From Acidimicrobiia bacterium (lineage in GTDB: Bacteria; Actinomycetota; Acidimicrobiia; IMCC26256; JAGPDB01): DNA of 64,000 bases. The notes beneath the pieces were generated by a model. It worked only from the letters and a program-made list of their open reading frames with translations. It ran no database searches and was not told the DNA's origin. Positions 38,922 to 46,656 of the stretch are shown here, piece by piece. Every line of letters begins with the position of its first letter. Position 1 is the stretch's first letter. The stretch spans positions 21,092-85,091 of the forward strand of contig JAXLRE010000007.1 of the NCBI GenBank assembly GCA_046331265.1, in the 5' to 3' direction. The translations under genes were made by a program, and so were the position numbers.

Positions 38922-39521
38922 ATGTTAAGACTACAGGAAAATTTAGTTAACTACTTTAATGATTCAATTCAACACAGAAATATACATAAATGCGGGAGTT
39001 ATCCATACGCAGATGGACTGTTTTTAAACGAATTTGTCAGACAATTCAAAATAAAATCTGTTTTAGAAATCGGTACAGGTATTGGATATTCTTCTACATG
39101 TTTGGCATTAGATAATGATGTAAAAGTTACGACCATTGAAATGATTGAGGATCATATAGAAATTGCAAAAAAATATTGGAATAATTTTTCGACAGAAAAT
39201 ATATATCCAATTATGGGAAAATCTCTAGAAGTGCTACCAGACCTTACTGATAAATTTGAAATGATATTTTTCGATGCTTTTGCACCTAACCCACAAGAAG
39301 CAGAATTGTATTTAAACTTAATAGACAGCAAAGGAATAATTGTTACTACAAATATTTCTTGGAACGATACTACTCAACCATATTTAAAAGTTTTTAATGA
39401 TGCAGGTCTTTTCACCATTGTCAACGATGACACCGCTTTTAGTTCATTTAACGAAACTTTTACAGAACAAAGCTCCAGCTTTTATTTATCTAAAAACTGG
39501 AGCTTCGCTGAGACTAGTTAA
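38922..39521 (+). CDS. Class I SAM-dependent methyltransferase (O-MT / MnmC-methyltransferase-like)
   Basis: SAM motif I VLEIGTGIGYSS. FFDAFAPNPQEAELY resembles the D.F.P..NP..W motif of MnmC-type methyltransferases. Confidence 0.6.
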   Translation: MLRLQENLVNYFNDSIQHRNIHKCGSYPYADGLFLNEFVRQFKIKSVLEIGTGIGYSSTCLALDNDVKVTTIEMIEDHIEIAKKYWNNFSTENIYPIMGKSLEVLPDLTDKFEMIFFDAFAPNPQEAELYLNLIDSKGIIVTTNISWNDTTQPYLKVFNDAGLFTIVNDDTAFSSFNETFTEQSSSFYLSKNWSFAETS

Positions 39522-40480
39522 CTATTTCTGAGTGCTTTTATTCTTCTACGATTAGCAAATATCAAAATAGCTGCCATGATGCCGCTCATATTTACCAATA
39601 TAAATGAGAAGTCTAAAATATTGCTTTTTGTAAACGACCAACTACCTAGCAACAAATGATTTGGATTTAGCACTGATTTAGCAACTTCTGGAATTTCTGA
39701 CATTAAGCCAGAAATAGTCCCTATTGAAGGAGTTAATGTTGTAGCTCCACTTGTTGATGAATTCGTAAGTGCTGTCAAAGAGTTACCAGAATGAGATCCA
39801 GTTGTTCCTGTACTAACACCGCTGTTGCTTGAACCTTCGCTAGTTGAGTTCGAATCTGTCGCCGCATACCTAACAACATTTTCGCCAAGAACGGAAGCCC
39901 CATTTTGTATAGCTGAATAGTCGCTAACTGAAGCTTGACCTAAGCGGACACGTAGAGTTCCGCCTGCGGTCATACCATTTATTCGTATAGTCCATTCTGT
40001 AGATGAATTCTGCACGAAACTATATACATTTCCGCCACCATCCAAGATTAGATCGCTTTGGTCAAATGATGGAGCCCAAATTGGTTTAGAAAATTCGACG
40101 TTGAAACAAGCATCGTCTACATTTATTTCTTCACCAGTTCCAGGACAACGATTTATGGTCACTTGTAGTTCATTATTGTCATAAACCAAGTGCATAATGT
40201 TATTGGAGTAAAGCGCGAAACCATCACGGCCCATTTGGAATTCGTAAGCGAATTCGTAGCTATCTGGTTCACTTAGATTTCCTGCTAGTACTACTCCATA
40301 AACTTCAGTTTGATTAGAGGTGAAACCTTGACCAGTTTGAATGTTGATCTGTAGTGGAAAACTAGCACCTGATGGCACAATCCCTAATGAACTTACGAAT
40401 AAGCATTGAATGACTTCTCCAGTATATAGAGTGGAATGCTGGTCCAAGATCTTGAATCTGTCCAATGCTTGTACAACCAA
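39518..40480 (-). CDS. C-terminal fragment of a disrupted surface protein (Ig-like adhesin domains, S/T-rich stalk, C-terminal TM + RRRIK tail)
   Basis: It has no signal peptide and only a TTG 'start'. Its reading frame is the same as that of the upstream 40514..40714 fragment. It ends ...GIMAAILIFANRRRIKALRNS. Confidence 0.5.
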   Translation of the reverse strand: MVVQALDRFKILDQHSTLYTGEVIQCLFVSSLGIVPSGASFPLQINIQTGQGFTSNQTEVYGVVLAGNLSEPDSYEFAYEFQMGRDGFALYSNNIMHLVYDNNELQVTINRCPGTGEEINVDDACFNVEFSKPIWAPSFDQSDLILDGGGNVYSFVQNSSTEWTIRINGMTAGGTLRVRLGQASVSDYSAIQNGASVLGENVVRYAATDSNSTSEGSSNSGVSTGTTGSHSGNSLTALTNSSTSGATTLTPSIGTISGLMSEIPEVAKSVLNPNHLLLGSWSFTKSNILDFSFILVNMSGIMAAILIFANRRRIKALRNS

Positions 40481-40513
40481 TGCGAAAGAATACGGATCGC
40501 TTAGGATCTAGTA

Positions 40514-40714
40514 TCAACAACACCTAGCAGATCTGCTCCTGCAGGAAAGTAAGTAATACAATCCGACTTGGTCTGAATAGATATCACCTGCGCCGATATT
40601 AGAAACATTCACTTCATAACTTACATCTGATCCTTCTGAAATATCTCCTGAAGTTAATAATCGAGTTTGAATTGCAAGATCACCAGGTTCTCCAACAGGT
40701 GCAGATACAGCCAT
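40514..40714 (-). pseudogene. Middle fragment (DUF11-like domain) of the same disrupted surface-protein gene
   Basis: EPGDLAIQTRLLTSGDISEGSDVSYEVNVSNIGAGD is DUF11-like. The frame continues upstream across an in-frame TAA (40748..40750) and downstream after TGA/TAG (40508..40516). Confidence 0.5.
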
Positions 40715-40788
40715 TGTTTGGTTGTTCTGATTCGAATCTGGGTTTGGTTATCTCCACCAACTAATTTCGACACTAACAATGGTTACAG

Positions 40789-42063
40789 CTAAAGATACTG
40801 TATCTCCAATAGGTGCTGTGATATTGTCCTTCTTGAAGGATTCAATACTAAACATTGACCAGCCCTTACATTCAATCCTGTCCAAACACTTTCAGGTGTA
40901 ACCGAACCAGGATCTGTAGCACTATTTCCTTGGTCTGTTTGTTTTTGTGAATCGATTTTTGTCATTGTCCAACCTTGAACATCAAAGTCGAAAGTAATTT
41001 CTTCTACAGCTCCAAAACCTGATGTGCAAATATGCACCCATGAATTTGAATATAAACCATTTACTGGAAATACAACATTGTTATTGCCTACATACATATT
41101 TAGATCTACATCAAGAACGATCTCAACAATGTCTTGGATCAGATCTGGTTGACCACCATTGTTTAATGAACCTGGATTATCAGATCCATCTCCTAACTTG
41201 CTTGAAAGTAAATTCAAGTTCCATGAAGCTTGTTGACCAATTTCTCCACTAACTGTGCCCTGTCCACCAAAACTTACACACTGACCTGCTTGCATAAGAC
41301 CTGTCCAATGGCCGTTAGCGTCAATAGTTCCTTTATCTAGAACATCTTGATTGCTCCATTGATTATCTTGGACACTATAAGTAACGTTTGACCAATTTGA
41401 AGTTTGCACATCTAAATCAAATTCTGAAACTGAACCATATCCAGAAGCACAAACGTTAAACCAGTTTTGGTATGTTTGATCTGGATAGACAGTTGTTTGA
41501 TTATTGCCCATACCAATATAGGTTTGTAAATCAACTTGATATACAGGTGTCACAATAGGATAAGAAATTGTTGGTGAAGAATTTTCTTGAATAACTCCTT
41601 GATTCGGTGTGTCGTCGACGAGAGTGCTTGAAGTAACAGATACTGTTTCAGTTAATGTGTCTCCCACATTTCCTGTTACAGTTCCCCAAGGGAAAAGTGT
41701 AAAACATTGATTGTCTTCTATTAAACCATTCCAAACACCGTTTAGATCAACACTTCCTAAATCAGTTGCTGTATTCCACTCGTTTCTTTCTTGAACAGAA
41801 AGTTGTGTCATGTTCCAGTTGGTTGCTTGAATATCAAAATCAATTGTTTTGATTGAACCTGCACCATAAGAACAAACTTGAATCCAGTTATTGTCGTAAA
41901 ATGCTCCAGGCATATATTCAGTTTTAGAACTTCCAACATATATGAAGAAATCTGCGTTATTACCATCTGCTGCAAACGCACTAGATACATTCACGACTTG
42001 AGTAGTCCCAAGCATAAACATCAACATTGTGGAGATCAATATGGCTTTTAGTTTCTTGCCCAT
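40789..42063 (-). CDS. N-terminal fragment of the disrupted surface protein: signal peptide plus three ~140-aa tandem repeats of an unrecognised Cys-containing domain
   Basis: ATG 42063 with SD AGAGGTG gives MGKKLKAILISTMLMFMLGTTQVVNVSSAFA|ADG. The repeats begin near aa 52, 192 and 334 (track numbering). The third repeat is cut by a frameshift near 40845. Confidence 0.6.
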   Translation of the reverse strand: MGKKLKAILISTMLMFMLGTTQVVNVSSAFAADGNNADFFIYVGSSKTEYMPGAFYDNNWIQVCSYGAGSIKTIDFDIQATNWNMTQLSVQERNEWNTATDLGSVDLNGVWNGLIEDNQCFTLFPWGTVTGNVGDTLTETVSVTSSTLVDDTPNQGVIQENSSPTISYPIVTPVYQVDLQTYIGMGNNQTTVYPDQTYQNWFNVCASGYGSVSEFDLDVQTSNWSNVTYSVQDNQWSNQDVLDKGTIDANGHWTGLMQAGQCVSFGGQGTVSGEIGQQASWNLNLLSSKLGDGSDNPGSLNNGGQPDLIQDIVEIVLDVDLNMYVGNNNVVFPVNGLYSNSWVHICTSGFGAVEEITFDFDVQGWTMTKIDSQKQTDQGNSATDPGSVTPESVWTGLNVRAGQCLVLNPSRRTISQHLLEIQYL

Positions 42064-42172
42064 TTTTACACCTCTGCTGTCCCGACTTATGTATTTATAT
42101 CGTCGCAAAAGAGGGATTTAAGAATAGGTCTAAAGAACTGTTTATTCGCAGATTGTTAAATATTTAACGCAG

Positions 42173-43318
42173 CTATTCAAAGCGATGCATATATATGTTG
42201 TTTATTAGCCCTATGGACATAAACATCAAAATAACAGCTGATCCACCATATGAAACAAAAGGTAAAGGTATGCCCGTAATTGGCATGATTCCCATGGTCA
42301 TACCCACATTTTCGAAAACATGAAATACGAACATTGAAACTGTGCCTATACAAATTAGTATTCCTGTCGAATCTGGAGCAGCTCTAGATATGCGCCATAT
42401 CCTCCAGGTAATCACTCCAAACAAACCTAGTACTGTTACCGAGCCTAAAAATCCAAGTTCTTCACCTATAGCTGTGAAAATAAAGTCAGTATGTTGCTCT
42501 GGAACATAATTTAGATTTGTTTGTTCACCCCTAAACAATCCTTTACCGGTTAACCCACCATTACCTATTGCAGTTTTACTTTGATCAAGATTATATGCGG
42601 AACCACCTTTATCGGCGTTTTGATTAACAAAAACAGTTAAACGATTAATCTGATATTGTTTTAAAACACCAAGTTGCAATACTCCAATTACTCCAACAAT
42701 CGCAATTGCTACTAGCGCTAAAAGATATCTACCTTTTGTACCTGCAACACTAAGCATACCGATTGTTATGGCACCTAGAACCATGGCTGTACCTAAGTCT
42801 GGCTGCAATAGAACAAGTGCCATAGGGATAACAGCAACAATTAATGTTCTCGTTAATGCTTTCAGATGGAACTGTTCGTTTTGTGAAATATAACTAGCTA
42901 AAACAATTATCAAAAAGAATTTGGAAAACTCACTTGGCTGTAGTTGAAAACCACCAGGCAGAACGAACCAACCTTGAGTACCATTTACCGTTGAACCCAA
43001 TGGAGACAAAACTAAAACTAATAATGAGATGACGCCTATATAAAGTAAAGGTGAGATATCTCTTAACTTGCGATAATCGACAGACATTACAACGATCATT
43101 GCAATAAACCCAACAATTATGAATCCTACTTGCCTTTCTAGATAATAAGTTTGAGATAAGCCGAAGCTTTTGAGTCGCGACCTTGACGCAGAATAGATCA
43201 TCAAACAACCCAGCATGCTCAACGCCATTACTGAGCCAAATAGAACTAAATCAACTTGTCGCCACGGCTTAGCTGATAAACGTTTTTTAGCTACAGTTAA
43301 TGATTTTGTAAATGCCAT
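42173..43318 (-). CDS. rodA: SEDS-family peptidoglycan glycosyltransferase RodA
   Basis: 381-aa FtsW/RodA/SpoVE polytopic protein (...PEQHTDFIFTAIGEELGF...) immediately downstream of PBP2. Confidence 0.9.
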   Translation of the reverse strand: MAFTKSLTVAKKRLSAKPWRQVDLVLFGSVMALSMLGCLMIYSASRSRLKSFGLSQTYYLERQVGFIIVGFIAMIVVMSVDYRKLRDISPLLYIGVISLLVLVLSPLGSTVNGTQGWFVLPGGFQLQPSEFSKFFLIIVLASYISQNEQFHLKALTRTLIVAVIPMALVLLQPDLGTAMVLGAITIGMLSVAGTKGRYLLALVAIAIVGVIGVLQLGVLKQYQINRLTVFVNQNADKGGSAYNLDQSKTAIGNGGLTGKGLFRGEQTNLNYVPEQHTDFIFTAIGEELGFLGSVTVLGLFGVITWRIWRISRAAPDSTGILICIGTVSMFVFHVFENVGMTMGIMPITGIPLPFVSYGGSAVILMFMSIGLINNIYMHRFE

Positions 43319-45261
43319 TAGTCTGCACCTCCTGGTGGTGCAGCAAATGCAACATCAGATGACCCCAAACCATATGCAGCTTCAAAACTTCTTCTTATAA
43401 TTGGTGCTGCGGTTCCTGCACCCCATCCCGCTTCTTCAACAACTGCTACCCCGACATAATTAGGTTTATCTACAGGAGAAAAACCAACAAATAAAGATGT
43501 ATCTTGTTTGCCAGTTACTTCAGCGGTACCGGTTTTTCCACCAACTGAAATGTTAGAAGGAAAAGACAAAAACGCACCATGAGCTGTTCCGTCTACGTTA
43601 GTAATAACTGATTGGAAGCCTTGCTTCATAACATTGATCGTTTCGCTATTTAACTTTATATCTCTTTTTAATATTGGTTTTATTTTTCTGATTACAGTTT
43701 TAGAATTGGCTTTGCGAATTTCAGAGACTAACTGCGGTTCGTATAATTTTCCGTCGTTCGTAAATGCACTATAGGCCATCGCAATTTGTATAGGTGTAAC
43801 CAAAGTATCACCTTGACCTACGGAAGTATTAACGTTATCTCCTGGTAACCATTGTGCGTATGGAAATGCTTGAGGATTTTCTTCGTGCACCTTTTTCTTC
43901 CAGTTTTCATCAGGTATTCGACCTTTGCTCTCGTTACCTATTGGAATACCTGTTACTTCTCCAAAACCAAACTCTTGCGCAGTATTTTGTATCTCATCTC
44001 CAGCGCTCTTACCTTTATACTGCAAAGACCATAGCTTTGATCCAATATTATAAAAATACGTGTCAGATGAAACTTCTAGTGCTTTTGCTAATGAAAGCAA
44101 CCCATTAACTTTTTTACCGGCATTTGAAAATGTTACGTCTGAAACCTTTAAAGAACCAGTGTCATTAAAAGTTGAATAAGGAGTTATTATTCCTGCACGT
44201 TGACCAGCAATTGCTGTAACCATTTTAAATGTTGAACCAGGAGCATATAAACCCTGCACTGCTCTGTTATTTAATGGGTATGCATTTTTCGGATCGTTAA
44301 GTTCTTTCCATATCGGCGTTGGGATGCCATCAACAAAAGATGATGGGTCGAAAGTTGGAAAACTAGCAAGAGCTCTAACGAATCCATTATTGGGATCAAC
44401 AACTGTTACTGAACCACCAGGTGCTTTAAAAAGCGAGAATTTCGTTTTATCAGCAATATCTCTTTGTGAACGTGTAACTTCAATCTGAGACTTTAAAGCT
44501 TCTTCGCTTTGCTTTTGCAGGTTTAAGTCAATTGATAAGACTACATCGTGTCCTGGAACTGCAGGCTCAAAACTAACCTGACGAAGCACCCGTCCTTTGG
44601 CGTCTATCTCAACTTTTTTAACAGATGGCTTACCTCTTAAATCTTTTTCGTATGCCAGTTCAACCCCGGACTTACCTATTGATTCACCAAGTTGATAGTT
44701 ACCTTTGCGCTGTTTTAATTCTTCGTCATTAATTTCGCCTACATATCCAACAAGATGAGCGCCTACAGTTCCGTTTGGATATCTACGTACAGCTAAAGGC
44801 ACTGCATCAACACCTGGAAATTCATTTTGTCTTTCTTTTATGTATTGAATACGATCGAGAGGAACATCAATTGCTACAGGCACAGGTTTATAAGGCGAAA
44901 TTCTTTGGTCCAATATCTTTTCGTTTATTTTTTCTTTGGAAATTCCTAAAACCTTAGAAAGTTTTTCTATTACAAATTCTTTCTTTTTAGGAGTATCCAG
45001 TTGTTGCCTATCAACAACGATTGATCTTGCAATTCTGTTATCAACAATAACATTTGAATTGATATCTAATATTCTCCCCCGTGGTGCTTGTTCCTGGATT
45101 ACACGTATACGATTTTGTGTAGCTGCCGCAGCCAATTGAGATCCGTTAGCTATTTGTAAATACCACAATCGAGTAATCAAAGTTAAAAAAATAGCTATAA
45201 TGACAACGCCAACGATACCTATTCTTTTTTCACGTATTTGATCGCTCATCGATTCTTCCAT
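43318..45261 (-). CDS. mrdA: Penicillin-binding protein 2 (elongation transpeptidase)
   Basis: N-terminal TM and PBP dimerisation domain. Transpeptidase motifs GSTFK (SxxK) and KTGTAE (KTG). Confidence 0.9.
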   Translation of the reverse strand: MEESMSDQIREKRIGIVGVVIIAIFLTLITRLWYLQIANGSQLAAAATQNRIRVIQEQAPRGRILDINSNVIVDNRIARSIVVDRQQLDTPKKKEFVIEKLSKVLGISKEKINEKILDQRISPYKPVPVAIDVPLDRIQYIKERQNEFPGVDAVPLAVRRYPNGTVGAHLVGYVGEINDEELKQRKGNYQLGESIGKSGVELAYEKDLRGKPSVKKVEIDAKGRVLRQVSFEPAVPGHDVVLSIDLNLQKQSEEALKSQIEVTRSQRDIADKTKFSLFKAPGGSVTVVDPNNGFVRALASFPTFDPSSFVDGIPTPIWKELNDPKNAYPLNNRAVQGLYAPGSTFKMVTAIAGQRAGIITPYSTFNDTGSLKVSDVTFSNAGKKVNGLLSLAKALEVSSDTYFYNIGSKLWSLQYKGKSAGDEIQNTAQEFGFGEVTGIPIGNESKGRIPDENWKKKVHEENPQAFPYAQWLPGDNVNTSVGQGDTLVTPIQIAMAYSAFTNDGKLYEPQLVSEIRKANSKTVIRKIKPILKRDIKLNSETINVMKQGFQSVITNVDGTAHGAFLSFPSNISVGGKTGTAEVTGKQDTSLFVGFSPVDKPNYVGVAVVEEAGWGAGTAAPIIRRSFEAAYGLGSSDVAFAAPPGGAD

Positions 45262-45833
45262 GCGGGAGCTCCAATCAATGATTTAACCATTGCAAAAATA
45301 AATGGCGATGCGATCATGTTTATAAGTGAAGTTAAGAAAATCAAAGCAATCGAATGTAGACTAAATAGGCTTTCAAATCCTACAATGATAGAAACTAAAA
45401 CATAAATAGAATTACCAATAAAACTTAAAACAAACCCCAAAAGAGGTACAGCAAAAGGAGTTGGCCTTATCATTCCAGTCTGCATTATCCCAACAACTAG
45501 GCCACAGGCCATCATTGAAATAGCAGTTACACCAACAGGAGTTGAATAAAAGAAGTCCAATCCGACACCTGCAAAAAAACCAAAGATAAGTGCAGTATTT
45601 GCACCAGCATAATATGCAACAGCAGCAACAGCTACATAACCAAATGATGGTGATGCGCCAAAGAAACGCAAAGATGAAAAAATCGTTGTTTCAAAAAGCA
45701 GACCGATTAAAACCATTAAAGCAATAGCACTCCAACGTATTATCGGCGAACGATCGCTGTCATCTCTTACAGCTAGAGGATCTAGAGAAAGTCGATGTCG
45801 AGCGTGCGATCCTGATTTCATCATTTCTCTCAT
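45246..45833 (-). CDS. mreD: Rod shape-determining protein MreD
   Basis: 195-aa multi-TM protein between mreC and mrdA. Called mostly from position. Confidence 0.7.
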   Translation of the reverse strand: MREMMKSGSHARHRLSLDPLAVRDDSDRSPIIRWSAIALMVLIGLLFETTIFSSLRFFGASPSFGYVAVAAVAYYAGANTALIFGFFAGVGLDFFYSTPVGVTAISMMACGLVVGIMQTGMIRPTPFAVPLLGFVLSFIGNSIYVLVSIIVGFESLFSLHSIALIFLTSLINMIASPFIFAMVKSLIGAPAWKNR

Positions 45834-46642
45834 TTGTTTGTATGTAAAATCGAAACGACTGAAATTTCATCTATATTGACAATAGGCTTAAGCACAACAA
45901 TTTTGGTTAAGCCGCTCTGATCATTCTTTACACTTTTCACAGTTGCAACCGGTATATTTGCAGGAAATCTGCCATCTTGAAGACCAGAAGTCACTACTGT
46001 ATCTCCTTTTTTGATGTCTGCATCAGGGTCGACAAACTGCATAGCTAAATCTTTTTCTCCAGAACTTCCTTGAGCTATCCCCACTATTTGACTACGAGAA
46101 TCACGTACGCCTACACCTGATGTTGAATCTGTAATTAGAAGTACAGTTGACCTTGTAGAAGATACTTCAATTACTCTTCCCACAAGTCCATCACCAACAA
46201 CGACAGGATCGCCTACTTTTACGTTAGAAGTCGATCCTTTATTCACTTGAACAGTAGTTTCAAAGTTAGAAGGTGCACCGGTTATGACTCGTCCGGTTGT
46301 GTATTTACTTCCAATATCGTCAACCAAATTTAAAAGTTTTTTCAGATCATCGTTTTCCTGAACAGCAGCCTCATAAGTTTTATTTTTTGTTTTCTCATCT
46401 ATTACTTGTTTTTTAAGTTTTTTATTTTCATTTTTTAAATCAGAAGCATTAAATATTCCATCAAAAAAATTGCCAATTGGATCCGTAACCGCATTAACTC
46501 CTTTTTGTAATGGAGAAAATGCTTCTCTAACACCGGATCGTAAAGTTCCTATTGGACCTGAGGAACCACCGCGAACATCTATTGTTATAAGTGTTATAGC
46601 AGTAACACATAAGAGTATTACTACTCTTTTTTTAATATTCAC
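45830..46642 (-). CDS. mreC: Rod shape-determining protein MreC
   Basis: N-terminal TM, a coiled-coil (LKNENKKLKKQVIDEK...), and beta-rich repeats GDPVVVGDGLVGRVIEV / GDTVVTSGL. Confidence 0.85.
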   Translation of the reverse strand: MNIKKRVVILLCVTAITLITIDVRGGSSGPIGTLRSGVREAFSPLQKGVNAVTDPIGNFFDGIFNASDLKNENKKLKKQVIDEKTKNKTYEAAVQENDDLKKLLNLVDDIGSKYTTGRVITGAPSNFETTVQVNKGSTSNVKVGDPVVVGDGLVGRVIEVSSTRSTVLLITDSTSGVGVRDSRSQIVGIAQGSSGEKDLAMQFVDPDADIKKGDTVVTSGLQDGRFPANIPVATVKSVKNDQSGLTKIVVLKPIVNIDEISVVSILHTNK

Positions 46643-46656
46643 ATACGAGCTTTCTT

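Noticed and set aside
40508-40750. In-frame TAA/TGA/TAG codons in the surface-protein gene might signal an alternative genetic code or programmed recoding.
   Set aside because: All three stop codons terminate well-defined conserved genes elsewhere in the window at the expected positions. Two of the interruptions are frameshifts rather than stops. No slippery heptamer or recoding structure was seen.
42064-42108. The ORF-track TTG start (42108) of the 439-aa ORF, and similarly 5815 for dnaJ and 26486 for the GGDEF-like gene.
   Set aside because: Internal ATGs with proper SDs give canonical N-termini: a signal peptide MGKKLKAIL..., a J-domain [11 protein letters not shown], and MKKFKSVLF... respectively.
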